From Trichodesmium erythraeum IMS101 (GTDB lineage: Bacteria; Cyanobacteriota; Cyanobacteriia; Cyanobacteriales; Microcoleaceae), in NCBI RefSeq assembly GCF_000014265.1, contig NC_008312.1, positions 2,970,001 to 3,002,000 on the forward strand: a stretch of DNA of 32,000 nucleotides. The letters run 5' to 3'. The position numbers were made by a program, and so were the translations under genes. This document shows, in pieces, positions 1 to 11,376 of the stretch. The notes beneath the pieces are model-generated. The model was not told where the DNA came from, searched no databases, and worked only from the letters and a program-made list of their open reading frames with translations. Every line of letters begins with the position of its first letter. The first letter of the stretch is position 1.

Positions 1-414
1 GATAACTTTAGATTAGCCCTTATTATCTATCATTTATTATTTGGAGGACATCCCTTTAAAGGAAGGTGGATAGGAACAGAAGAGCCACCCAAAATTGATG
101 AACTCATCCGACTAGGTTTCTGGTGCTATGCTCCCAATAGTAAAATTCTACCAGGACCGAGAACTATTCCCCTTGAAATAGTTCACCCCAAAATTCAAAA
201 ATGCTTCCAAAAATGCTTCAACGATGGACACTATCATCCAGAAAAACGACCCACTCCTCAGAACTGGGTTGACGCTTTAGAGAGTGCCATTAATGATTTA
301 GTACAGTGTAAAAGAGTTGATACCCATTGGTATAGTAAAACTTATGGCAAATGCTATTGGTGCGAAAGAGAAGAAAAATTAGAGGTTGACATATTTTCTG
401 ATTCCAAAACATAA
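1..414 (+). CDS. Ser/Thr protein kinase, C-terminal part (5' end lies outside the window)
   Basis: Frame 1 is open from base 1 to TAA at 412-414. The translation DNFRLALIIYHLLFGGHPFKG... fits the Hanks kinase subdomain IX-X pattern (D-x-[FW]-x-L-x4-Y-x-L-x-G-x-x-PF). It ends in a Cys-rich tail, YGKCYWCERE. Confidence 0.55.
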   Translation, partial: DNFRLALIIYHLLFGGHPFKGRWIGTEEPPKIDELIRLGFWCYAPNSKILPGPRTIPLEIVHPKIQKCFQKCFNDGHYHPEKRPTPQNWVDALESAINDLVQCKRVDTHWYSKTYGKCYWCEREEKLEVDIFSDSKT

Positions 415-429
415 CATTCCCTTGAAAAA

Positions 430-837
430 TTGCTTCAAAATAAAAAGTGGAAAGAAGCTGATTTAGAAACTAAATATATTATGCTAAAGTTTGCAGGAAG
501 AATTGATCAAGGATGGTTAGATAAATCATCCCTAGAAAATTTCCCGACTAAAGTTATTCTTCAAATAGATCAACTTTGGCGACAATATTCTGATGAACGT
601 TTTGGCTTTGCTACACAGAAGCGTATCTATTTAGAAACTGGTAATAAATTAGAACAAATAAATTGGGAAACCTATAATCATTTTGGTGAAAAAGTTGGTT
701 GGCGAGAAGGGGGAATGTGGAAAAATTACTTCGATCTAGAATTTTCTCTGAATTCACCAGAAGGTCATCTTCCATTCTGTTGTGCTGGTTTTAATGTTTG
801 CTTCATTGCTCATCTAGCCCTTCTGAAAGACTTATGA
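430..837 (+). CDS. GUN4-domain protein, probably the detached C-terminal domain of the upstream kinase
   Basis: KKWKEADLETKYIML...FPTKVILQIDQLWRQYSDERFGFATQKRIY...FGEKVGWR...GHLP matches the GUN4 porphyrin-binding domain pattern. The ORF has only a TTG start, is in the same frame as 1..414, and is separated from it by a single TAA. Confidence 0.7.
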   Translation: MLQNKKWKEADLETKYIMLKFAGRIDQGWLDKSSLENFPTKVILQIDQLWRQYSDERFGFATQKRIYLETGNKLEQINWETYNHFGEKVGWREGGMWKNYFDLEFSLNSPEGHLPFCCAGFNVCFIAHLALLKDL

Positions 838-1235
838 TCATCTACATGAATCTTTGATTTTCTCTAAATAATCAGTTCTATTCCTGCTTCACCTCGGCAA
901 CCTCAGCGTTCTCTCAAAATCTATAATTTTCTATATAAACTTTCAATTATAGTTATCGTAGTGGAAAATCTTCATATCTTAGGAAGAATATCATATCCGA
1001 ATCATCAGTGATCAAAAAGTTTTTGTTTGTAGTAAAGCGATCGCCTTATTCGCCGTAAGTGCTAATTCTCTCCTCCTGCTTTCTGCCTCCCGCCTTACCT
1101 CCTCCAAAGTGTAAGTATTGAACCTAGAGAGCGAATGCCATGTAGAGGGCGAATGCTAGAAAACCCCCACTAGATATGGGGTTTGTGTGTAAGCCCTATA
1201 AATTAACTACTTATTTGACTCTTAACCACAGACAA

Positions 1236-1446
1236 ATAGTAATAGAAGACTTAAATGTATCGGGAATCTCAAACTGTTGATTTGTGTTGCAGTCTTTACT
1301 GTTATCAGAACTTGTTTTCAATTGCAAACACTGCAATTAAAGCTCGTGAGCGATACTTGAATGCAGCCTTAAATTTAGCTACAGTTAGTCAGTTCATTCC
1401 GTGTGCCTGTGAACTAGATCGCACCGACATTGCCAGAATAAAGTAG
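1236..1446 (+). pseudogene. tnpB: Relic of an IS200/IS605-family TnpB (OrfB) transposase-associated nuclease gene
   Basis: IVIEDLNVSGISNC* (RuvC-II motif IxIEDLNVxGM) reads from 1236. After a frame change come FNCKHC (zinc-finger CxxC) and RERYLNAALNLATVS (DRDxNAAxNL motif). The protein is internally deleted and frameshifted, and no intact tnpA or tnpB is present. Confidence 0.4.
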
Positions 1447-1598
1447 GAACAAAAATAGATCAAAAATCAGATAATGATAGATTTTATGAATTTTTTGTAG
1501 ATTTCTGGGAACGGAATGAACTTGCCAAAATTGTGGTGCACACCATGACCGCCAGACACTAAATTAAAATTATAGCGCTAGTCTTTCGGTAATTTTAG

Positions 1599-2090
1599 CT
1601 AGCCACCATAATTCCAGCCTGTATTTTCTAATAACAGAGGATCTCCCTCACGATGCACACCTGCTGCAATTACTTCTCCTACATACACAGTATGATCCCC
1701 TTTTTCGACAGCACCCATAACTCTACATTCAACATAGCCAAGAGTATCAGAAATAATTGGACAACCAGTTTCCCCCAAATAAAATTCTACCTCTTCAAAT
1801 TTATTTCCCACACGACGTTGAGGTTTGAAAAACTGTTGAGCTAAATCTTTTTGCTCTGCTCCTAAGAAACTAAGGGAAAATACTCCACTAGTCTTAATCA
1901 TGGTATGGGATATAGAAGATTTATTAACACAGTTAACAATTAGGGGAGGCTTAAAAGATGCTTGCATTACCCAACTAGCTGTAAAGCCGTTTACTTCATC
2001 CCCATCTTTAACACCACAAATGTATAATCCATGGGGAATTTTACGCAGTATAGTTTTTTTTGCCTGTTCGTCTAGCAAAGTTTTACCCAC
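1599..2090 (-). CDS. Flavin reductase-like FMN-binding domain protein (DIM6/NTAB family)
   Basis: The 163-aa ORF carries GLYICGVKDGDEVNGFTASWVMQASFKPPLIV...GDHTVYVGEV, typical of the flavin reductase domain (split-barrel fold). Confidence 0.8.
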   Translation of the reverse strand: MGKTLLDEQAKKTILRKIPHGLYICGVKDGDEVNGFTASWVMQASFKPPLIVNCVNKSSISHTMIKTSGVFSLSFLGAEQKDLAQQFFKPQRRVGNKFEEVEFYLGETGCPIISDTLGYVECRVMGAVEKGDHTVYVGEVIAAGVHREGDPLLLENTGWNYGG

Positions 2091-2570
2091 TATGTACTAA
2101 GAATTTAACATTTTTTATTTTACCTGAAGTGATTAAAATTCATCTTACACTAAACATTTTCAGCGCTTACCCATACTTCACATAAGGACCCCATTTTTAG
2201 GAATGAATCGCATTTGTCCTCACGGTCATTACATAGCCGTGGGTAAGTCTTAATATTAGGATTTTAAAATTAAACTAATATCATACCTTAAAGTCTATTA
2301 TCAACAAGAGCCATAAACTAGAGCTTATTGATAGTTGCCAACTTTAAAAAATAGATAACAAGTTTTGTGGTATAATAAAAAATTTTATTAACTAATTAAA
2401 TATTTTTAATTACACATTTTTGAGTTATAAACTCTAAATATATTGTGGCACTATAGTTTTGATAATTCCTATATAGTTGATTTACACTTATGTATTTGTG
2501 AGTCAGGCAGAAATTTCGTACTCATAAAATAAAAACCGCTATAAATTCTAACCACAACAATAAATATCCT

Positions 2571-4394
2571 ATGTCTTCCCTAAACAAATTGATCCAAAAA
2601 TTCACTCATCACAAAAATTGGCCCTTCAGATTAATAATATTAACAATTGCTTCAATAGCGATCGCCTGCAACAACATCAAAACCCCCACCACAACCTCAG
2701 AAACACTCACCGCTCCCGAAACAGATACTTTAGTTTGGGCTAGATATAAAGACTCCGACACCCTTGACCCCCACAAAACAACATCACCCTTATCCAGACA
2801 AATAATAGACCAAATCTACGATACCCTGCTTACTTTCGACGACCAAGGCAAAATTCAACCTAACCTAGCCAAAGAATGGTCAGTCAACGACAATGGCCAA
2901 GAATATACCTTCAAACTCAACGAAAACATCAAATGCCACGACGGCAAAACCTTTAACGCTAATGCCGTAAAATTTACCATAGACAGAGCCATAGACCCCG
3001 AAACAGAAAATAACATCAAAGACAGTTGGGGGCCAATAGAAACAGTAGAAGTCGTAGACGATCTGACAGTTAAAGTAAAAATGACTGAACCCTTTAGCCC
3101 TTTTCCTCGTTTTCTAGCCGACCCTTACTCTAGCATGATTTGTCCCTCAGCCATAAAAACTTACAACAACAAATTTGGTATAGACGGAGTCATAGGTACA
3201 GGTCCTTTTGAATTTGTAGAATGGACTCAAGGGGAACAACTTGTACTGAAAGCTAACCCAAACTACAAAAATTATGGGAGACCCGTAGAAAATTCTGGAA
3301 CTCCTTATATCAAGAAATTAGTAATAAAAACCATTCCGGAAATAGAAGCTCGTTTAGCAGGTATTAATTCTGGAAAAATTCATTTAACTGAACCTCCAAT
3401 AGCAGAAATTTCTAATCTAAAGCAAGACTCTAATTTAAAACTTTATACTGCTAAAAATACTGGGCAAATAGTATTTTTAGAATTCGTTACTTCTCGAGCG
3501 CCTTTCAATAAAAAAAAGGCAAGACAAGCAATAGCTTATGGAATAGATGTGAAAAAAGCAACAGAAGAAATCTTAGCAAATTTAGCTAAACCTGCAGAAT
3601 GTCCCATCGTCAATGTTATGTTCCCTAATGATGGTAAACTTTGTTCAGAGTTTAGTATTAAACCAGACCCAGAAAAGGCAAAAACCCTACTAAAAGAACT
3701 TGGTTATAGTAAAGATAAACCATTAGAAGTAACTCTCCTAACTTGGAAAGGAGGAAACCGTGAAAAAATCCTCGAAAATTTTCAAACTCAACTAAAAGTT
3801 GTGGGAATAAAAGCCAATTTAGAGACAATGGATATTGGCAGTCTGAATGCCAGAATAAAACAGGAGAATAGTCAAGCAGAAGGCAGAGGTGTTATTGATA
3901 TGATGGGATGGTCTTGGTACGACCCAGATTTTCTTTATAAATTGTGGCATTCTCCCGGTTGGATGGGAGGTTATCACAGTGATGAACTTGATAAATTACT
4001 AACAGAAATGCGCACTGCAACTAATTCTAAAGAACAGCAAGAAAAAGTTGTGGCAGTTCAAAAATATTTGCTTAATAATGCTGTGATGGTGCCACTTTAT
4101 AGTCCTGGTTGGATGTGGAATTATGTTAGTAGTTTGAATGTAGAAGGTTTTAATATTGGAGCTTTTAATCGACCTTTATTTAATGATATAAAATTATCGA
4201 CTACTACGGAAAAAAAAGAAGGATTTCAGTCTCCTGCAAGTTCTGAAAAAGAAGTAGTAGAGGAGAAAATTAATTCAGAAAAAAATATCAAAAATAAAGA
4301 TTCTGTCTCTGAAAAAGAAGTAATAGAAGAGGAAGTTAATTCAGAAAAAAATATCAAAAATAAAGATTCTGTTGCTTCTCCAGAAAATGAATAG
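2571..4394 (+). CDS. ABC transporter substrate-binding lipoprotein, family 5 (oligopeptide/nickel type)
   Basis: The 607-aa ORF has an N-terminal hydrophobic segment with a lipobox-like IAIAC. The core (LAKEWSVNDNGQEYTFKLNENIKCHDGKTFNANAVKFTIDR, GTGPFEFVEW) is typical of SBP_bac_5. It has an unusual charged repeat tail. Confidence 0.85.
   Translation: MSSLNKLIQKFTHHKNWPFRLIILTIASIAIACNNIKTPTTTSETLTAPETDTLVWARYKDSDTLDPHKTTSPLSRQIIDQIYDTLLTFDDQGKIQPNLAKEWSVNDNGQEYTFKLNENIKCHDGKTFNANAVKFTIDRAIDPETENNIKDSWGPIETVEVVDDLTVKVKMTEPFSPFPRFLADPYSSMICPSAIKTYNNKFGIDGVIGTGPFEFVEWTQGEQLVLKANPNYKNYGRPVENSGTPYIKKLVIKTIPEIEARLAGINSGKIHLTEPPIAEISNLKQDSNLKLYTAKNTGQIVFLEFVTSRAPFNKKKARQAIAYGIDVKKATEEILANLAKPAECPIVNVMFPNDGKLCSEFSIKPDPEKAKTLLKELGYSKDKPLEVTLLTWKGGNREKILENFQTQLKVVGIKANLETMDIGSLNARIKQENSQAEGRGVIDMMGWSWYDPDFLYKLWHSPGWMGGYHSDELDKLLTEMRTATNSKEQQEKVVAVQKYLLNNAVMVPLYSPGWMWNYVSSLNVEGFNIGAFNRPLFNDIKLSTTTEKKEGFQSPASSEKEVVEEKINSEKNIKNKDSVSEKEVIEEEVNSEKNIKNKDSVASPENE
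4242..4373 (+). repeat. In-frame 66-bp tandem duplication (2 x 22 aa) at the 3' end of the substrate-binding protein gene
   Basis: SEKEVVEEKINSEKNIKNKDSV is followed by SEKEVIEEEVNSEKNIKNKDSV. The DNA copies start at 4242 and 4308 and differ at a few bases. Confidence 0.9.
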
Positions 4395-5423
4395 GAAGTA
4401 TAAGTTTTTCCTTGATTTGATTAAATAAATAATTTAGGGTTTGCTGATTAAATCTAAAAGCATTGACAGATAAAGGCACTTGCTTTTTTGGGGATGAAAA
4501 AAGTGCCTAGTATCGCATCTAAAACCCTCAAAAAGTTAATATTTTGGACAGAATAATTGCATAAAAATCAAAGGACAAAATATCCGACCACTTCTCCTAT
4601 AATACTCTTGAGTTGTTTTTCTAATACATATTTTAAGATTGCTTTTCTTCGCGGGTGGGTAGTCTGAGATCAAAAATGTATAGGTTGAAGGACTATAATG
4701 TTGATTAGTCTTGTAATTCTTACTTTGATGACCCTTGATGAATGTATGAATTGAATATACAGACTTTTAGAGAAATGAGAAATTAGTGTAATACTAAATC
4801 TGGTTTAGACGGGAGCTTTATTCTCAACGTAAGGCAGAGGAAAAAAGGACTTATGCTGAAAGATTAGAAAATAATTTTAAATATTAGCTTTTGATCACTG
4901 GATATGGTATTATTTACATATATGGTATTCCTAAATTTGCTTGTTCCACTAGGAAAAATAGTTAGGATTGGGAAATTTTCAAATATTTAAAAGCTTGTAT
5001 AGTAAGCTTTACAGGATTTTATCACTGAACAACAGAACAGAACAACACTTCTTCATTGACTCTAATTTTGGTTTGAGTCTTTTCTTCTGCTTCTTGAGTA
5101 CAGCTTACTTTACTAGTACTTTATTTTTGAAAAATTGTATGTAATGACTTTTGAAGTGCTTATGTAGTTAAGTCAGATTAAGGGTAATAGTCTACAAGCA
5201 GTTATTTTTGCAGTTAGGCTCCTGAAAGTGAACGAGGAGATTTAATCATCAATATTACTAAATCTGCATAATAACTATTAAGGAAGGAAAAGGAACATTA
5301 ATATTGTTATGAATCATAGTTTATGTAAAATAATAAAATACATAGATAAATATGGTAAATAATTAATAATAAATAACTATATCTAATATGGTAAAGAGCA
5401 CAAAAAAAATAACTATCTAAAAG

Positions 5424-5457
5424 ATTTGTGTTTCGCTTCCCAAAATGAAACACAAAT
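5424..5457 (-). terminator. Candidate intrinsic terminator downstream of hetR
   Basis: Perfect 11-bp inverted repeat ATTTGTGTTTC (5424-5434) / GAAACACAAAT (5447-5457) with a 12-nt loop. On the minus strand it is followed by CTTTT..., and it lies about 165 bp past the hetR stop. Confidence 0.45.
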
Positions 5458-5621
5458 CCTAGCTGCTGCTATGTAAGTCCTTTAAACATAGTTATATTAA
5501 GTATTGGATAATTTTTAGAGATGTTTATTATAAAAAAAACCTGATAGTTAAATCAAAATTACTATAAACCAGGAGTTAGAAGTTATTCTAGCTCCCAAGC
5601 TATAAAAACTTCATAATTAGA

Positions 5622-6590
<969 letters not shown>

Positions 6591-7561
6591 TTAACAATGA
6601 AAAATGTGCTGACTATGATAATCTTTAACAATACCAGAAAACCAGTCAGTTATAGATGATACACCTACCAATATATCTCTTTGAAAACTTTTTTTCATTT
6701 TGCCTTAGAGCAATAACCCTAATATGGCTTGTGAATAGTTTGTTATCTTAGTATATTTTTACACCCTGTATAGTTTTATGGAAAGACGTAATAGAAATAA
6801 TTGTACAAGTATAGTTTCTACTTGCTGTTTACGAGTTTTGGAATCTCTATAAGCTTCAATTCCCGAATATTATCAATAGGTTAATATTTTTTGATATTAA
6901 TCTATAGTTTTAAATCTCACTTCAAAAGCTCAACTCTTCCTAAAGGCCATATGATTCTAGTAAAATGGACTAAAGTTAAAATATCCAACGAGAATATTCA
7001 CAATTCTCATTCTTACTTATTTTGTTAGCTTTAACAAAAACTAAGTAATTATAACCAACCTCAACTTAATAATCATAACATAAAATTACCCAATAAAGGA
7101 AATAATTTTAACTTAATGTCAGTTCTTGATTAGAATTGGAGAAGTGACATGCTGAAGAAAAGAAAGGAAATAATTTAGCTACCTCTCCATATGATTAATT
7201 ATAGATGCTTTGTTTTGTCATGTCGATGATTGTTATCAACAACTTTCCGCGTAGTGAGAATTGGCTATTATTGATGTCTTTCAAGCCTAATAGTGTTTCA
7301 AAACCTAGCACAAAGAGGCCATACTTCAATTGATTGATTTGGTTTTTTTTCTTTCTGACTTCATCTGGTTGTTAATGAACCAGAAGCTTATAGTTTATTA
7401 ACAAAAGCTATAAATCATGTTAAAAATAGGATAAAATCGCTTAATTATAGCATGATTATTTGCAAAAAATGCACTAACTTATAAACCTTCTTATTGGATC
7501 TTCTTGATCCCAAACATTCCATTATCGAAACAGTTATTGATTGAAAAATCTTAAGAATATT

Positions 7562-7595
7562 TTTCAAATAAAAACTCGCCCGTCCATCGGGCGAG
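7562..7595 (-). terminator. Rho-independent terminator, minus strand, downstream of the patX-like gene
   Basis: GC-rich perfect 8-bp stem CTCGCCCG (7575-7582) / CGGGCGAG (7588-7595) with a 5-nt loop. On the minus strand it is followed by TTTTTATTTG. Confidence 0.7.
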
Positions 7596-7811
7596 GCTTT
7601 AAAGCTAATACTAAATCCGGGTATAAATCAGGCTTGTCCCATAGCCCAATACCTTATTTAGCAAAGGCTATAACTTTTAAAAATATCCTTTCACTAATGT
7701 GAATTTAGTATTATTTCTAGTTAAGTATTGTAAATTATCAAGGGTAAATCAAATTTGACATTTGCAAGAGGCGTAATCCTTATTTAGAAATTTAAAAAGT
7801 AGGAAACAGCC

Positions 7812-8084
7812 TCAGCGTCCACTACCACGATGAGGGATAAGATCCTGATTATCTTGCCCAGAAGTAGGAATTATACTGAAAAATTTATATTTTTTTCGGA
7901 TACCTTCTCCACTAGGAACAGTTTCTAAATCTCCATGATTGTTTACAGCATTGCCTCTACCTGCGTGTTGTGTTAAAAAATTTGCAGATAATTCAAGTTC
8001 ATTTGCAGTCATCAAAGCTTGGCTACTAGAAGTATTACCAAGTAATAATAAAAAAGAGATAATGATAGGCGTATAATTTTGCAT
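7812..8084 (-). CDS. patX: PatX-like secreted peptide precursor ending in the HetR-inhibitory pentapeptide RGSGR
   Basis: The 90-aa ORF has an ATG start and a signal-peptide-like N-terminus (IIISFLLLLGNTSSSQA). Its C-terminus is ...DLIPHRGSGR* (RGSGR codons at 7815-7829). It lies upstream of hetR on the same strand, which is the conserved PatX position. Confidence 0.7.
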   Translation of the reverse strand: MQNYTPIIISFLLLLGNTSSSQALMTANELELSANFLTQHAGRGNAVNNHGDLETVPSGEGIRKKYKFFSIIPTSGQDNQDLIPHRGSGR

Positions 8085-8471
8085 AGGTTACGTCCGTCTG
8101 AGAGTGTCTACTTTCTGATACGGACTGTTAGGAACAAATCAGGATAGTTAGGAAATAATTTGTCAGTTCAATATATAGAAAAGGCTGTAGTGTACAAAGA
8201 TATTGAGAGAAATTTTTATCAGGAGTAAATATTAACTTAGAACTTAAATAAATCTAAAGATTATTGCAATTAGCCAGTAAAATTTAAAAGTTTATTCCCA
8301 TAATTATCGGGTGTTTTACCATTAGATAGTAAATAAAAATATCAAGAACTGAATGGCCAAAAAAATATTGTTTTCTGGCAAAAAATTTGGTTAGACAATA
8401 TGTATTAACTACTAATTCACAAATACAGGTAAAATATAACTTTAGTAAAAACTAAAAAAAATCAAGCTAAA

Positions 8472-8999
8472 ATGGAAAAAGGATTTATTCTGTGGTTTAC
8501 GGGGTTAAGTGGAGCTGGTAAAACAACTATCAGCAAAATTGTGGCAGAAAAATTAAAACAAAGAGGTCGGAAAGTAGAAATATTAGATGGGGATATAGTC
8601 AGAGAAAACTTATCAAAAGGGTTGACTTTTAGCAAAGCGGACCGAGATATAAATATCCGGCGCATCGGATTTGTAGCTCATCTCTTAAGCAGGAATGGAG
8701 TAGTGGCGATAACTGCAGCAATTAGTCCTTACAAAGCAGTACGCAATGAAATTAGAGAAATGGATGAAAATTTTATAGAAGTTTATATCAATGCACCTTT
8801 AGAAGTATGTGAACAACGTGATGTTAAGGGGTTATATGGTAAAGCTAGGGCTGGAGAAATTAAAAATTTTACCGGTATTGATGATCCTTACGAACCACCA
8901 AATAATCCAGAAATTACTTGTTGCACAGATAAAGAAAGTTTAGATGAAAGTGTAGCTAATGTAATTAGTAGTTTAGAAAAACTAGGTTATTTGGTTTGA
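8472..8999 (+). CDS. cysC: Adenylylsulfate (APS) kinase
   Basis: The 175-aa ORF has GFILWFTGLSGAGKTTI (P-loop), LDGDIVRENLSKGLTFSKADRDINIRRIGFVA and ISPY, which are hallmark CysC motifs. Confidence 0.95.
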   Translation: MEKGFILWFTGLSGAGKTTISKIVAEKLKQRGRKVEILDGDIVRENLSKGLTFSKADRDINIRRIGFVAHLLSRNGVVAITAAISPYKAVRNEIREMDENFIEVYINAPLEVCEQRDVKGLYGKARAGEIKNFTGIDDPYEPPNNPEITCCTDKESLDESVANVISSLEKLGYLV

Positions 9000-9021
9000 A
9001 ATTAGAGCAAGGGAGTGATCA

Positions 9022-10677
9022 ATGAAGCAACAAGAATCAATAAATAAAGAAGATATCTTTAGCCGAAAATTATCTTTATCCCAGGTTTTAAGTTGTGGAA
9101 TAATAGTTATATTATGCATTTTTTGGGAAGTTTCATATTCGGCACTTGCTCACACCCTACTCCAGGAAGACCAAACATTATCAGAAACCTCAACCTTACC
9201 AAAACTAAGAGAATCTTGGTCTAAAGAGCAAGAACCACAACCAACTCTATTAAATCTACCTCCAGAACTAATACTGATTCCTGAAACAGAAACACCTTTA
9301 AGTGTTTCAAAAGAGTACACACTTGGTCCTGGTGATCACGTTCAAATAGATGTTTTTAATATACCAGAATATAGTGGACAAAATGGGCAACATCAAGTAC
9401 AAATTGATGGGACTCTTAATCTACCATTAATAGGTAAGGTTTATGTTCAGGGAAGGACCTTGGAAAAAGCCAAAGGGTTAATTGAAGAAAAATATGGTGA
9501 GTATTTACAAATACCTATAGTTAACCTTAACTTATTAGCTGCACGTCCATTAAGAATAGCGATCGCTGGAGAAGTTCAATATCCCGGTTCATACACAATT
9601 TCGCCTATAGTAAGTCTTGGGGGTAGTAGTAAAAGTGGGACTCAAATGCCTACAGTTACTAAAGCATTACAGGTAGCAGGTGGAGTAACAACTTCAGCAG
9701 ATATTAGACAAATCAAAATTCGTCGTTTCCAACTCAACGCCCCAGAAGAACTAATCAATATTAATCTATGGGAACTTTTGCAAAGTGGCAACTTAGTTCA
9801 AGATATTTTTTTGCTGGATGGGGATACCTTATTTGTACCTAGTATTGCAGAAATTAACCCGGTAGAGTTAACTCAACTAGCAAGTGCTAACTTTGCTGGT
9901 ACTAATAATAAACCTCTCAAAATTGCGGTGGTTGGAGAAGTAGCACGCCCTGGCCCATATATACTAGAAACAGATATTGACCAAAGTCAAGTTTTGCCTA
10001 CAGCAGAGAAATCAGACTCTAGTGAAGCAGATAGCAATATTTCACTCCGTCAGAATACTAGGCTGCATACTGTGACTAAAGCAATTAAAATGGCGGGGGG
10101 TATTACTTTAAGTGCAGATATTAAAGAAATTAAGGTGCGCCGACTAACTCGCGCTGGAGAGAAGCAAATTATTAAAGTAAATCTTTGGGAACTGCTGCAA
10201 AGTGGTGATTTAAGTCAAGATATAGTCTTACAGACAGGGGATACAATTTATGTGCCAGTAGCAAATGAAGTTGATTTAGATGAATTAGCTGAAGTTACGA
10301 CTTCAAGTTTTTCTCTAGGTCAGCTCAAAATTAATGTTATTGGGGAAGTAGTTAAACCAGGAACAATATTGATAGATCCTAATAGTACACTTAATCAAGC
10401 TTTGTTGGCAGCAGGAGGTTTTAATCCATCAAGGGCAGAAACAAAAGAAATAGAACTTATTCGCCTTAACCCTAATGGTACAGTTACTCGACGAAAAGTG
10501 CAAGTAGATTTTTCGGCAAAAGCTAATGAAGAAACAAATCCAGCTTTATTGCATAATGATGTAATTGTAGTTGGTCGTTCTAGTAGGGCAGCCTTTAGTG
10601 ATAATATAGGAGGTGTTTTAGCTCCTTTTAATCCAATTAATAGAATTTTAGGGATATTTTTTGATATTTTTGATTGA
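9022..10677 (+). CDS. Polysaccharide export protein, Wza-like (Poly_export plus multiple SLBB domains)
   Basis: YTLGPGDHVQIDVFNIPEYSG is a Poly_export motif. Three repeated modules have the form xIxVxGEVxxPGxY...TVTKAIxxAGGxTxxADIxxIKxxR...INLWELLQSG. An AGGGAG RBS precedes the ATG, which lies 22 nt after the cysC stop. Confidence 0.85.
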   Translation: MKQQESINKEDIFSRKLSLSQVLSCGIIVILCIFWEVSYSALAHTLLQEDQTLSETSTLPKLRESWSKEQEPQPTLLNLPPELILIPETETPLSVSKEYTLGPGDHVQIDVFNIPEYSGQNGQHQVQIDGTLNLPLIGKVYVQGRTLEKAKGLIEEKYGEYLQIPIVNLNLLAARPLRIAIAGEVQYPGSYTISPIVSLGGSSKSGTQMPTVTKALQVAGGVTTSADIRQIKIRRFQLNAPEELININLWELLQSGNLVQDIFLLDGDTLFVPSIAEINPVELTQLASANFAGTNNKPLKIAVVGEVARPGPYILETDIDQSQVLPTAEKSDSSEADSNISLRQNTRLHTVTKAIKMAGGITLSADIKEIKVRRLTRAGEKQIIKVNLWELLQSGDLSQDIVLQTGDTIYVPVANEVDLDELAEVTTSSFSLGQLKINVIGEVVKPGTILIDPNSTLNQALLAAGGFNPSRAETKEIELIRLNPNGTVTRRKVQVDFSAKANEETNPALLHNDVIVVGRSSRAAFSDNIGGVLAPFNPINRILGIFFDIFD

Positions 10678-11350
10678 TTTAGTAGATAGAGAATATAGAA
10701 GGAATAGAAAGGATAAATTATTATAAACTATTAGAAGTTATTATTAAATTTACCTCACAATCATCAAAAATAATATAAGGTTTTTAATAAAAAAATTTAG
10801 GTGGAAAAAATTATTTGTATTGGTTTATTTATTGCCAAAATTTAAATCTATTTTTAGTTATCATTTAAGCTTTGCCTTGAGCAATAGTTTACTATGAGTA
10901 AAATTAATTTTAATAGATAATTATAGTAGTTCTCACTTAAGTAGTCCATAATAGGGATGTTCTAAGGAAAGTACCTATAAGGGTTTTTTATTTTTAGGAG
11001 TGTGTTCCAAATTTGTTCTTAAGTGCTATTAATTTAAGGCTCAATAGGCTGCTAGTATTAAATTACATTAATTAACTATAATTCAGTAACTATTTATATT
11101 ACTTTAGACTACTAATAAAGAAGGTGATACCTTAAATAAAATAAGTTTTATGAAGAAGATTATTGTGGCACTATTCAATAAAATTTTAAGTTATACACGG
11201 AAAAAAAATTGTTTGGCAAGGAAAATAAAATTGATAAAAAGCTATAATATTGTATGATTAATTAACAATAATAAAAATGCTTTTATGTTTCCAATTTCTC
11301 CTATTTCCTGATTTTTTCCCTCAGCGAGTATTCAAAAAGATATGATATTA

Positions 11351-11376
11351 AGGTTAAGGTTAAGGTTAAAGTTAAA
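11351..11376. repeat. Hexamer microsatellite (AGGTTA)n in the wza-wzc spacer
   Basis: The sequence aggttaaggttaaggttaaagttaaa was read directly. Confidence 0.9.

Noticed and set aside
1161-1184. The inverted repeat AAACCCC-N10-GGGGTTT considered as a possible HetR binding site
   Set aside because: The known HetR palindrome has GGGG-N5-CCCC polarity within GTGAGGGGTCTAACCCCTCAT. This site has the opposite arm order and a different spacing, and it is far from hetR, so it is more likely a simple hairpin.
1653-2100. Plus-strand ORFs 1653-1844 and 1900-2100
   Set aside because: They are antisense shadow ORFs fully inside the well-supported flavin reductase gene and have no recognisable motifs.
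6786-6825. NtcA-like GTA-N8-TAC boxes in the hetR upstream region
   Set aside because: The only candidates found by eye have N7 or N13 spacing (GTATAGTTTCTAC and GTAATAGAAATAATTGTAC), not the canonical N8. The evidence is insufficient.
8462-8665. Minus-strand ORF overlapping the start of cysC
   Set aside because: It is an antisense shadow of the confidently identified cysC gene.
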